This document shows positions 52,994-61,863 of a stretch of 64,000 nucleotides of DNA, in pieces. Position 1 is the first letter of the stretch; each line of letters begins with the position of its first letter. The notes below the pieces were generated by a model. It did not search any database. It saw only the letters and a list, made by a program, of their open reading frames with translations, and was not told where the DNA came from. The position numbers and the translations under genes were made by a program. The stretch covers positions 35,680-99,679 of the forward strand of contig JBAZRI010000001.1 of the NCBI GenBank assembly GCA_041662965.1, read 5' to 3'. This stretch comes from Patescibacteria group bacterium. Its GTDB lineage: Bacteria > Patescibacteriota > Patescibacteriia > Patescibacteriales > GWC2-42-12.

Positions 52994-54031
52994 ATGATTA
53001 ACATCGCAATAAATGGATTTGGCCGGATCGGCCGGGCGGTTTTTAAAGCTTTGCTTAATAAAAAGGGCATTAATGTCGCGGCGATTAATGATTTGACCGA
53101 GACTAAAGCGCTGGCGCAGCTGTTGCAGTATGACAGTTGCTACGGGATTTATGAAAAAAAAGTCAGCGCCGAGGCTGGTAATTTGGTAGTGGACGGTAAA
53201 AAGTACCAAGTGCTGGCGGAAAAAGAGCCGGCTAAATTGCCTTGGGGCAAACTGAAAATTGATATTATTTTAGAATGCACCGGCAGATTCTTAGATGAAG
53301 CTGGCGCCGGAGAGCATCTTAAAGCCGGAGCAAAAAAAGTAATTTTGTCCGCGCCCGCCTCCGCTAAAGCTACGGCGGGCAAGCCGTCTGATGACGAAAA
53401 TATCAAAACTATCGTTTTATCGGTTAATGAAAAAGATTTAACCAAGAACGATAAAATTATTTCCATGGCCTCCTGCACGACTAACTGCTTAGCGCCGGTG
53501 ACCAAAATAATTTCGGATAATTTCGGCGTTAAAAAAGCCATTATGTCCACTATCCATTCTTATACGGCCGATCAGAATTTAGTGGACGGACCGCATAAGG
53601 ATCTGCGCCGGGCCCGCGCCGCGGCTGTGAATATCGTGCCGACGACTACGGGCGCGGCTAAAGCCGCGGCTAAAACCATGCCGGAGCTGATCGGAAAATT
53701 TGACGGCTTGTCTTTTAGGGTGCCCACTCCGGTAGTGTCGCTTTGCGATACGGTTTATATTACGGAAAAGCCGGTGACCGCGGAAGCGGTAAACGCAGTT
53801 TTTAAAAAAGCCGCGGCCGGAAATTATAAAGGCTATGTGGACGCGACCGACGAGCCTTTAGTGTCATCGGATTTTATCGGCAACCCGGCCAGCGCGATCG
53901 TTGATTTACCTTTAACCAAAGTTATCGGCGGCGATATGCTGAAAATTATTTCTTGGTATGATAATGAATGGGGGTATAGTTGTCGGCTGGCGGATTTATG
54001 CGAGTATATTAGTAAGAAAGGTTTAATTTAA
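52994..54031 (+). CDS. gap: Glyceraldehyde-3-phosphate dehydrogenase
   Basis: INGFGRIGR, SCTTNCLAP, WYDNEWGYS. An extra ~11 aa (SAKATAGKPSD) follows the SAPA motif. Confidence 0.92.
   Translation: MINIAINGFGRIGRAVFKALLNKKGINVAAINDLTETKALAQLLQYDSCYGIYEKKVSAEAGNLVVDGKKYQVLAEKEPAKLPWGKLKIDIILECTGRFLDEAGAGEHLKAGAKKVILSAPASAKATAGKPSDDENIKTIVLSVNEKDLTKNDKIISMASCTTNCLAPVTKIISDNFGVKKAIMSTIHSYTADQNLVDGPHKDLRRARAAAVNIVPTTTGAAKAAAKTMPELIGKFDGLSFRVPTPVVSLCDTVYITEKPVTAEAVNAVFKKAAAGNYKGYVDATDEPLVSSDFIGNPASAIVDLPLTKVIGGDMLKIISWYDNEWGYSCRLADLCEYISKKGLI
53353..53380. repeat. Intragenic copy of the 'cgcctNcgctaaagct' hairpin inside gap
   Basis: gcccgcctccgctaaagctacggcgggc compared with the intergenic cccgccttcgctaaagctacgggcggg (48954-): one mismatch and one indel. 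Confidence 0.7.
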
Positions 54032-54035
54032 GTTT

Positions 54036-54422
54036 ATGAAAATTAATAATGTAGATTTGGTAATACCTAAAACATATTTTACTATTTTTTTGTTTACCTT
54101 GATTGGTGTGTTTACATTTCCTATCGTAGACGGGAATGATTCATTGATAATTATTGATGCATTTTCTTTGGTAAGCTTAGCGATCGGCTTTTGGCTTTTA
54201 CTAAATAAAGGAATTTTGTATAAAGGGATAATAGACAGTGAAAATATTTTTAACCGTGTCGAAGGAGTAGGCAGAATGATTGATAAAATAAATAATCCAG
54301 AAAAAATTAAAAAAGATATAATTTTAATTAACCCTGTCTGGTCTATAATTTTTGGTTGTTTTTTTGTGATTACAGGGGTTGGCGGTTTATTTATAATGAT
54401 AAAAATAAAATATTTACTATAA
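54036..54422 (+). CDS. Hypothetical small membrane protein (very AT-rich)
   Basis: 3-4 predicted TM helices. Its stop overlaps the next start (taATG). Its composition is visibly AT-richer than its neighbours. Confidence 0.45.
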   Translation: MKINNVDLVIPKTYFTIFLFTLIGVFTFPIVDGNDSLIIIDAFSLVSLAIGFWLLLNKGILYKGIIDSENIFNRVEGVGRMIDKINNPEKIKKDIILINPVWSIIFGCFFVITGVGGLFIMIKIKYLL

Positions 54423-55414
54423 TGCAGGATATCTTATCTAAAATTCAACAAGCCAATCTAGTCGGGCGCGGCGGCGCCGGTTTTCCTACGGCCCAGAAAT
54501 GGGCGGCGGTTAAAAATGCTGTCGGTGATAAAAAATATATCATCTGCAACGCGGCTGAAGGCGAGCCGGGCGTTTTTAAGGACGGCTATATTTTAGAGCA
54601 TTATCCGGAAAAAGTGATAGACGGCATGAAAATAGCCATTGATTTTTTAAACGCCGAAAAGGGCTATATATTTTTAAATTATGGTTATAATAAAAAGTTA
54701 AATAAAAAATTAGCCGCTTTGTTAAAAGATTCCAAGATTGAGATATCGGTTAAGCCGGCCAACGCCGGCTATATCGGCGGAGAAGAAAGCGCGGTTTTAA
54801 ACACCATTCAGGGTAAAAGGATTGAGCCAAGGTTAAAGCCGCCGTTTCCCACAACCGCCGGATTATGGAACTGCCCGACTTTAATAAATAATGTGGAAAC
54901 TTTTTATAACGTCAGTTTAGCGGCGGCCGATCAATATAAAAATAAAAGATTTTATACGATTACCGGCGATTGCCTTAACGAGGGAGTTTATGAACTGCCG
55001 GATAATTTAACCATTGAAAAACTGCTTAAGCAAACTAAAAATTATCCGAAATTTCCTTTTTTCGTGCAAATCGGCGGCAATGCCTCGGGCGAAGCCTTAA
55101 ACAGCGCCCAGCTTAAAAAGCAGGTCTCGGGCGCCGGTTCAGTCGCCGTTTATAGCTTGGCTAAAAATAACTATAAAAAAGTCATAAAAAACTGGCTTAC
55201 TTTTTTTATCAACGAGTCTTGCGGCATGTGCGTGCCTTGCCGCGAAGGCACTTACCGGCTTAATGAAATATTCAGTAAAGAGAATATTGACTGGGAGCTG
55301 TTTAATGATTTACTGGATAATTTAAGCGATGCTTCGCTTTGCGCCCTCGGCGGCTCCGCGCCTATAGCCATAAAAAGCTTTATGAAAAATGTTTATCCAA
55401 TTTTAAATAAATGA
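54422..55414 (+). CDS. NuoF-like flavoprotein subunit (NADH-binding, hydrogenase-associated, HydB/HndC-like)
   Basis: GRGGAGFPTAQKW (FMN site), GEPG, ESCGMCVPCREG (4Fe-4S). The ATG at 54422 is preferred. ATGA overlap with hydA. Confidence 0.75.
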   Translation: MQDILSKIQQANLVGRGGAGFPTAQKWAAVKNAVGDKKYIICNAAEGEPGVFKDGYILEHYPEKVIDGMKIAIDFLNAEKGYIFLNYGYNKKLNKKLAALLKDSKIEISVKPANAGYIGGEESAVLNTIQGKRIEPRLKPPFPTTAGLWNCPTLINNVETFYNVSLAAADQYKNKRFYTITGDCLNEGVYELPDNLTIEKLLKQTKNYPKFPFFVQIGGNASGEALNSAQLKKQVSGAGSVAVYSLAKNNYKKVIKNWLTFFINESCGMCVPCREGTYRLNEIFSKENIDWELFNDLLDNLSDASLCALGGSAPIAIKSFMKNVYPILNK

Positions 55415-57183
55415 AAAAAATAAATTTAAAAATAAACGGCCGGGAGATAATCTGCGATCAAGGCAAAACCATCATGCAAGCCGCCAGAGCCAACGGGATT
55501 GCTATCCCCGGCTTATGCGGCCACGCGGATTTTTCGCCTAAAGCCAACTGCCGGATTTGCGTGGTGGAAATCGCCGGGCGCAAGGGCCTGGCCACTTCCT
55601 GCTCAACTCAAGCCGAAGACGGCATGGAAGTCAGGACCGATACCGAGCGGGTAAAACGTTCGCGCAATTTAAACATTGAATTAATTTTCGCCGAGCATAT
55701 TGAAAAATGCCCGACTTGCATTTGGCGGGTTAATTGCAAATTATTGGAATTGGCCGATAAATATAAAATTGAAATAACAAAATTCAGCGACCGCAAAGCC
55801 AAGCGCAAGGTTTATAAATTCGCCAACGCGGTGGAGATTGACGGCACGCAATGCATTGACTGCCGCAATTGCCTGGAGGCTTGCAATACGCTGCAGAAAA
55901 TAAATTATTTGGAGTTAAAAGGCAAGGGGATTAATCAAGAGGTCGTGCCGGTTGGCGAAACCAGCATTTTTCCTTTTATCCATAAAAAAGCCGATAAAGT
56001 TGATTGCATTTATTGCGGCCAGTGCGCCGTGCATTGTCCGGTCGGCGCGGCCCAGGAGCAAGCCCATTGGCATCTGGTGGAAAAAGCTTTGCAGGATAAA
56101 TCCAAAATCACGGTCGCCCAATTCGCGCCGTCAATCAGGGTAAGCATCGGCGAAGAATTCGGCGCCGAGCATGGAAAAATAATGTCCGGCCAAGTCGTGG
56201 CGGCTTTAAGAAGGCTAGGCTTTAATTATGTTTTTGACGTGAATTTCGGCGCTGATATCACTACCATGGTTGAAGCCGAGGAGCTAGTGGAAAAAGTAAA
56301 ATCAGGCGGAACTCTTCCCATGTTCACTTCCTGCTGTCCGGCCTGGGTGAAATATATTGAATTTTACCGCCCGGATTTAATGCCGAATTTAACCACGGCG
56401 CGCAGCCCGCAAATGCACAGCGGAGGCCTCATAAAAACTTATTGGGCGGAAAAAATGAAGATTAACCCGAAAAAAATCGTAGTGGTTTCGGTTATGCCGT
56501 GCACGGCCAAAAAATTTGAAGCCGATCGGAGCGAATTAAAAATTAACGGCCAGCCGCCGGTTGATTACGTCATAACCACGCGCGAATTAGCCTGGCTGAT
56601 AAAAAAGAACAAAATAAATTTTTGCCGGCTGAAGCCGGCCGCGGCCGATAATCCTTTAGGCGAGGCCAGCGGGGCGGCGGCGATTTACGGCGCCACCGGC
56701 GGAGTCATGGAATCGGCTTTAAGGACCGCGGAATATTTATTAACTACGGCCCAAGGCTCGGTCTGCGCCGAAATAAAAGACAAAAATAAATTAAAGCTTT
56801 GCAACAGCCGGATAGAATTTAAGGACGCGCGCGGCCAGGCCGGCGTTAAGGAAGCTGTAATTGAAATGGCCGGGAAAAAATTAAGGATCGCGGCCGTTAA
56901 CGGCATCGGCAATATCGGGCCGATTTTAAAAAATCTTAAAGACTATGATTATATAGAAGTTATGGCCTGCCCGGACGGCTGTATCGGCGGCGGCGGCCAG
57001 CCGATTCCGACCAACGCGGCTATCAGGAAAAAAAGGCTGGAAGCTTTGTATAAAATTGACGGCCGAAGCAAAATTCGGCGGGCGCATGAAAACGAAGAAG
57101 CGGTCGAGGCTTTAAAATGGCTGGAAGGCAAAGGCAAGCTTAAAAAGCAGGTGCTATATACCGGGTATAAAAAGAGACGATAA
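55411..57183 (+). CDS. hydA: [FeFe]-hydrogenase catalytic subunit (M3/CpI-like architecture)
   Basis: N-terminal 2Fe-2S fold (CGH...CRICVVEI), HxxxCxxC...C, and two CxxCxxCxxxCP motifs. H-cluster motifs are FTSCCPAWV, MPCTAKKFE and EVMACPDGCIGGGGQP. Confidence 0.88.
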   Translation: MKKINLKINGREIICDQGKTIMQAARANGIAIPGLCGHADFSPKANCRICVVEIAGRKGLATSCSTQAEDGMEVRTDTERVKRSRNLNIELIFAEHIEKCPTCIWRVNCKLLELADKYKIEITKFSDRKAKRKVYKFANAVEIDGTQCIDCRNCLEACNTLQKINYLELKGKGINQEVVPVGETSIFPFIHKKADKVDCIYCGQCAVHCPVGAAQEQAHWHLVEKALQDKSKITVAQFAPSIRVSIGEEFGAEHGKIMSGQVVAALRRLGFNYVFDVNFGADITTMVEAEELVEKVKSGGTLPMFTSCCPAWVKYIEFYRPDLMPNLTTARSPQMHSGGLIKTYWAEKMKINPKKIVVVSVMPCTAKKFEADRSELKINGQPPVDYVITTRELAWLIKKNKINFCRLKPAAADNPLGEASGAAAIYGATGGVMESALRTAEYLLTTAQGSVCAEIKDKNKLKLCNSRIEFKDARGQAGVKEAVIEMAGKKLRIAAVNGIGNIGPILKNLKDYDYIEVMACPDGCIGGGGQPIPTNAAIRKKRLEALYKIDGRSKIRRAHENEEAVEALKWLEGKGKLKKQVLYTGYKKRR

Positions 57184-57200
57184 AAAATAATTAAAATATT

Positions 57201-57467
57201 ATGGCGACGAAAAAACATTTAGGCACGATTACGATTTTAGTTAAAGACCGCCACGCCAATTCACCCGACGTCAATAAAGTATTGAGCGAACAGGGCAACT
57301 TAGTTATGGCGCGCTTAGGCGTTAACGTCCAGCCGCTTTGCGCCAGTAATTGCTACGGGCTGATTACCGTCGCGGTCCAGGGCACGGCCAAAGAAATCAG
57401 CGCGCTGACTAAAAAGCTTGACGGCCTCTACGGCATCGTAGCTAAAAGCTTAATTATAACCGAGTAA
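57201..57467 (+). CDS. Small ACT/NikR-C-like protein, probably a TM1266-type iron-only hydrogenase system regulator
   Basis: 88 aa. The pattern ITILVKDR...VN.VL...G..V.AR.G......GLITVAV.G....I.ALT.KL..L.G matches my memory of that family. It lies immediately downstream of hydA. Confidence 0.5.
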   Translation: MATKKHLGTITILVKDRHANSPDVNKVLSEQGNLVMARLGVNVQPLCASNCYGLITVAVQGTAKEISALTKKLDGLYGIVAKSLIITE

Positions 57468-57471
57468 ATAT

Positions 57472-57678
57472 ATGATAAAAATAGATTATGAAAAGTGCTG
57501 TTTTAAAGACGGCAAATGCTCAAGCTGTTCCTGCGGCGGGGCATGTACTGGCTGTGTTGAAGCTTGCCCGGTTCAGGCGATCAGCCGAAAAAAAATAGTT
57601 GAAGTTGATCAGGCAATCTGCATAAATTGCGGGGCTTGCGTTGCTGCCTGTAAGCACGGAGCGATTACTTTGGTTTAA
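57472..57678 (+). CDS. Small 4Fe-4S ferredoxin-domain protein
   Basis: CxxC...CP (CTGCVEACPVQA) and CINCGACVAAC motifs; 68 aa. Confidence 0.7.
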   Translation: MIKIDYEKCCFKDGKCSSCSCGGACTGCVEACPVQAISRKKIVEVDQAICINCGACVAACKHGAITLV

Positions 57679-57708
57679 GTGGCATATTTATTTATTAATT
57701 TCATAATA

Positions 57709-57807
57709 GATTGGGCTAAATTTATTAAATTTTCTTCTGCGGAACTCGCCCGCTTGAAGCGGCCTCAAACAGTCCTCGTTCAAAAATTTAATAAATTTAG
57801 CCCAATC
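57709..57807. repeat. Long AT-rich hairpin element, family M2 (copy 2)
   Basis: The arms gattgggctaaatttattaaatttt and aaaatttaataaatttagcccaatc surround the core ggaactcgcccgct[tgaagcggcc]tcaaacag. Confidence 0.6.
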
Positions 57808-57830
57808 AATAAGTATAATTTACATAATAT

Positions 57831-58367
57831 ATGCTTAATATCATTAAAGAAGAAGTTTTAGAAAAAGTTAACGTCCGGTCTTTAAGCGAGTTTATCGGCC
57901 TGGCCGGCTTAGCTTTATTCCTGCCATTTTTTATCCATCTGCAATGGATAACCGGCCCGATCGTCAACGCCATTTTAATTTTAACTTTATTTTTAGCCGG
58001 CATAAGAAGCGCCATGGTTGTAGCGCTGGCGCCGAGCTTAATGGCTTTAGCCGGCGGGCTACTCCCGGCGGTTTTAGCGCCGACCGTGCCTTTTATTATG
58101 ATCGGCAACGTAATTTTTATTTTAACCGTTGATTGGTTTTATAATCAGGCTAAAGACAGCGGCCGGGGCTATTGGCTGGGGGTTATTTTCGGCGCGGCCT
58201 TAAAATTCGTTTTTTTGTTTTTAAGCGTTGGCTTTATTACCCGCTTGCTATTTAAGCAAGAGTTGGCGGTTAAAGTGGCCGAGATGATGAGCTGGCCGCA
58301 ATTCGCCACCGCGGTTCTCGGCGGCCTGATTGCCTGGATAATTTTAAAATGGCTGAAGAGGTTTTAA
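57831..58367 (+). CDS. Hypothetical polytopic membrane protein
   Basis: 5-6 predicted TM helices; function not recognised. Confidence 0.5.
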   Translation: MLNIIKEEVLEKVNVRSLSEFIGLAGLALFLPFFIHLQWITGPIVNAILILTLFLAGIRSAMVVALAPSLMALAGGLLPAVLAPTVPFIMIGNVIFILTVDWFYNQAKDSGRGYWLGVIFGAALKFVFLFLSVGFITRLLFKQELAVKVAEMMSWPQFATAVLGGLIAWIILKWLKRF

Positions 58368-58417
58368 ATTGTGAATAACTTGTGGAATAATAGTTGAAAA
58401 GTTAGGCATTTTACGTC

Positions 58418-58446
58418 TTGACTATTTTTAAAGTTTTTAATATGAT
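58418..58446 (+). promoter_or_regulatory. Sigma70-like promoter of the orphan transcription unit
   Basis: TTGACT (58418-58423), a 17-nt spacer, then TATGAT (58441-58446). Confidence 0.5.
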
Positions 58447-58452
58447 AAATAG

Positions 58453-58686
58453 TCTGGAGAGTAAGAAAATATTTTTATAAGTACTCCCTCGCGTTTGAGA
58501 ATAACATTTTTGATTTAACTACTGCTATTAGCAGATAGCTTAAATACAAATTTATAAATTTATAATATTATTCTCTCGGGGGTAAGTCAACTAAAAATAT
58601 AATTATTATTCTCCGCCATATTTAAAAGATTGCTATATGCTAATTTATAAAAAATAACCCCATTTTTTTGGGGTTATTTATTTTTG
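58453..58686 (+). ncRNA. Candidate structured ncRNA (~230 nt; long imperfect hairpin, possibly 6S-like)
   Basis: The region from promoter to terminator (aataacccca-ttttttt-ggggttatt + T-run, 58653-58686) contains no ORF. The 5' arm ggagagtaagaaaatattttt..actccc..gagaataa pairs with the 3' arm ttattctc..gggggt..aaaaatataattattattctcc. Confidence 0.4.
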
Positions 58687-58769
58687 GGATATTTTGACAT
58701 AAAGAATTATTTATTGTATATTTTAGCTATAATTAAGGCGTAAATTGCCTTAAATTTTTATGTATTTTT

Positions 58770-60215
58770 ATGCAGATCCCTGATTATGTAAAAAATATAG
58801 TGGAAAAATTAGAGCAGGCCGGCTTTGAAGCCTACGTCGTGGGCGGTTGCGTGCGCGATTTACTAATGGAAAAAATACCTAAAGACTGGGATATAACGAC
58901 TAACGCGCGGCCGGAAAAAATATTGGAAATATTTCCTCAAGGCAAATACGAAAATATTTTCGGTACGGTTTTATTGCCGATAAAATCGGCCAACGGCGAA
59001 ACTCAAGATGTAATAGAAATAACGACTTACCGCTCGGAGCAAGGCTACTCGGACCGCCGGCATCCGGATAAAATTACTTTTGAAGACAGTTTGGAAAAAG
59101 ACCTGTCGCGGCGCGATTTTACGGTTAACGCTATGGCGCTTCGGCTGTCGGGTGAAAATCAAGAAATTACAGATCTGTTTGGCGGGGAAAAAGATTTAAA
59201 GAAAAAAATTATCCGCGCCGTGGGCGAGCCGGAAGACAGGTTTAAAGAAGACGCTTTGCGCATGATGCGCGCGGTCAGGTTAGCCTGCCAGCTTAATTTT
59301 TCCATAGAAGGCAAGACCGAACGGGCGATCATGAAAATGGCCGGCGGCATTAAATTTATTTCCGGCGAACGGATCCGCGATGAGCTCGTAAAAATAATGG
59401 AAACGGGCGAAGCTTATGAAGGCGTAATGATGCTTCATGAATTCAAGCTATTACAATACATTATTCCCGAGCTGGAGCGCGGCGTTGGCGTTAACCAAAA
59501 CAAGCACCATGTTTATACGGTTTTTAAGCATAGCGTTTTGTCTTTAAAATACACGCCCAATAAAAAATGGCAGGTTAAATTCGCCTCGCTGCTCCATGAC
59601 ATAGCCAAACCGCAGACCAAGAGGATGATTAAAGGCGACGCCACTTTTTATAACCACGACCTGGTCGGCGCCAAAGTGGCGGCTAAAATTATGCAAAGGC
59701 TTAAATTTTCCAGCGCTGACACGGAAAAAATAACGACTTTAATCAGGAACCATATGTTTTATTATAATGTCGGCGAGGTCACGGAAAGTTCGGTGCGCCG
59801 GCTAATCAGAAAAGTCGGCGAAGAAAATTTAGCCGATTTGATTGATCTGCGCGTTGCCGACCGCTTAGGCTCGGGCGTGCCTAAGGCCAAGCCGTATAAA
59901 CTGCGCCACCTTGAATATATGATGGAAAAAGTCAGGTTTGACGCGGTTTCGGTTAAGATGCTGAAAATCAACGGCGATGATTTAATGAAGGTTTTAAAGA
60001 TAGAGCCCGGGCCGAAAATCGGCGCGATTTTAGACGTCTTGTTATCCGAAGTGATTGAAGATCAGTCGTTGAATGAAAAAGCCTATTTGGAAAAACGGAG
60101 CTTGGAATTGAATAAAATGGATTTGCGCGAGCTGCGCGAACAAGCCAAAGAGAAAATTGAAGACAAAAAAATGGAAGACGACGAAGAGATAAAAAAAGAA
60201 TTTTATGTTAAGTAA
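58770..60215 (+). CDS. cca: CCA-adding tRNA nucleotidyltransferase with an HD domain
   Basis: GGCVRDLLM..PKDWD (pol-beta head), RDFTVNAM, and an HD region (LLHDIAKP). Promoter TTGACA-17-TATATT at ~58693-58721. Confidence 0.85.
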   Translation: MQIPDYVKNIVEKLEQAGFEAYVVGGCVRDLLMEKIPKDWDITTNARPEKILEIFPQGKYENIFGTVLLPIKSANGETQDVIEITTYRSEQGYSDRRHPDKITFEDSLEKDLSRRDFTVNAMALRLSGENQEITDLFGGEKDLKKKIIRAVGEPEDRFKEDALRMMRAVRLACQLNFSIEGKTERAIMKMAGGIKFISGERIRDELVKIMETGEAYEGVMMLHEFKLLQYIIPELERGVGVNQNKHHVYTVFKHSVLSLKYTPNKKWQVKFASLLHDIAKPQTKRMIKGDATFYNHDLVGAKVAAKIMQRLKFSSADTEKITTLIRNHMFYYNVGEVTESSVRRLIRKVGEENLADLIDLRVADRLGSGVPKAKPYKLRHLEYMMEKVRFDAVSVKMLKINGDDLMKVLKIEPGPKIGAILDVLLSEVIEDQSLNEKAYLEKRSLELNKMDLRELREQAKEKIEDKKMEDDEEIKKEFYVK

Positions 60216-60218
60216 AAT

Positions 60219-60968
60219 ATGAAAAAGAATATAATCGCGCTAAAAAATTTTTATATTTTTTTATTTATAATAATTGTTGCTGTAATTTTGCTTACTCCCT
60301 GGCTAATCAGGCAAGGCTTTTCCATTCTTGATGAAGAAACTTTAGAAGTAATAATCATCGGCCTGCTTTTTATCGTCAGCTATGTCATTTATGTTTTATA
60401 TCAAAATGAAATTAAAAAAAATTTAGAGGCGTTAAAAGATTCAGAAAATCATCGGCTAACGCTTGAAGAAAGGCTGGACGAAGCTTTTAAGCATATCGGC
60501 CAAGTGAATGTGCAGATTCAGGAAATCAGGTCTATTTTCAGCGGATTGAAGAAATATCCGGAAAACAAAAATGATTTTAAAAACATTTTAAAATATTTTG
60601 CCGAAAAAGTATTAAGCATCATCGCCGTTGACTGGGTTTTGTTTAAAATAATTGACATAAATAGCGTTAAAACTTTAGGCGAGCATAGCCAATGCCGGGA
60701 GGGCGCGGTTTTTCCGATAAATAAAATCGGCAACCACGATTTGATTGATAAAATCAGCTTGGAAGCATATAATATTTTACGCTCCGATCAGAATGATTTA
60801 AAAATTAAAGTTTATTGCATTACTCCGAAAATTGAAATCGCCAAACAAACGGAGATATTCATTAAAGCGGTTGTGAACCAGCTGGAGATGCTGTTTTTAA
60901 TTTTTTCTTCAAACTATTATAAAAATAATAAAATAATAAATAATCAAGAAAATATTCAGATATTTTAA
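60219..60968 (+). CDS. Hypothetical membrane protein (AT-rich)
   Basis: Two N-terminal TM helices, then a coiled-coil and a soluble domain; no recognised motif. Confidence 0.45.
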   Translation: MKKNIIALKNFYIFLFIIIVAVILLTPWLIRQGFSILDEETLEVIIIGLLFIVSYVIYVLYQNEIKKNLEALKDSENHRLTLEERLDEAFKHIGQVNVQIQEIRSIFSGLKKYPENKNDFKNILKYFAEKVLSIIAVDWVLFKIIDINSVKTLGEHSQCREGAVFPINKIGNHDLIDKISLEAYNILRSDQNDLKIKVYCITPKIEIAKQTEIFIKAVVNQLEMLFLIFSSNYYKNNKIINNQENIQIF

Positions 60969-60972
60969 TTAT

Positions 60973-61857
60973 ATGAAAAAATTAATTTTACCGGCAATAT
61001 TATTGCTGGTTTTAACCGCCTGCTCTAATAGCCAATTTAGCTATGACGAATCGAGCGCGCCTAAAACTATGGACAATTTCAATGAAGCGGATATAATAGG
61101 TAGAATGACCGATCTAAAAAACGGCTTAACGCCGAAAATCAAACCAAGCGGCAAATCCGCGGCCGGCGGATCAAGTCAGGCGGCGGGGCAAGCCGCGGCC
61201 GAGCCAGCCGGACAGAGACAGCTCCAAAATTTAGCCGCTCAATATGACGGCGCGGTTATTAAAACCAATTTCGGCGATTTAACGGTTAAATTTTACGCCC
61301 AGGAATCGCCGGTGACGGTGAATAATTTTTTAAATTTGGCCAAAGACGGTTTTTATAACGGCACGAAATTTCATCGGGTGATAAAAGATTTCATGATTCA
61401 GGGCGGCGATCCTTTAAGTAAAGACGATGATTGGTCAAACGACGGTACCGGCGGCCCGGGCTATAAGTTCCAGGATGAAATCAACCAGCATAAATTAGTG
61501 CGCGGCAGTTTGGCCATGGCCAATTCCGGACCCAATACCAACGGCTCGCAGTTTTTTATCGTTACGGCCGCGGCTACGGCCTGGCTTGACGGCAAGCATA
61601 CGAATTTCGGCTATGTGGCCGGCGGGCTGGAGGTAATGGAAAAAATAGAAAAAGTTAAAGTCAACGAGAACGATCATCCGACCGAAGACGTTATTATAAA
61701 TAGCATTGAATTAACCAAAGGCGGAGCCGGCGATCAACCGGAAATTACCGGGCCGGAACCGGCGCCCGGCGCCAGTTCAACTCCGGAAATAAATTCGGCC
61801 AGTTCAACCTCCGCGGTCGGAGAAGAAGAAACAGGGGATTTTAAATTAAAAGAATAA
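60973..61857 (+). CDS. Cyclophilin-type peptidyl-prolyl isomerase, lipoprotein
   Basis: Lipobox LVLTAC, FHRVIKDFMIQGGDP, MANSGPNTNGSQFFI. Confidence 0.88.
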   Translation: MKKLILPAILLLVLTACSNSQFSYDESSAPKTMDNFNEADIIGRMTDLKNGLTPKIKPSGKSAAGGSSQAAGQAAAEPAGQRQLQNLAAQYDGAVIKTNFGDLTVKFYAQESPVTVNNFLNLAKDGFYNGTKFHRVIKDFMIQGGDPLSKDDDWSNDGTGGPGYKFQDEINQHKLVRGSLAMANSGPNTNGSQFFIVTAAATAWLDGKHTNFGYVAGGLEVMEKIEKVKVNENDHPTEDVIINSIELTKGGAGDQPEITGPEPAPGASSTPEINSASSTSAVGEEETGDFKLKE

Positions 61858-61863
61858 ATTTTT

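Noticed and set aside
55411-55414. Alternative genetic code (UGA reassigned, as in SR1/Gracilibacteria).
   Set aside because: TGA functions as a stop in the ATGA overlap between the nuoF-like gene and hydA. Homologous proteins end where TGA/TAA/TAG occur, and none of the conserved genes needs in-frame TGA read-through.
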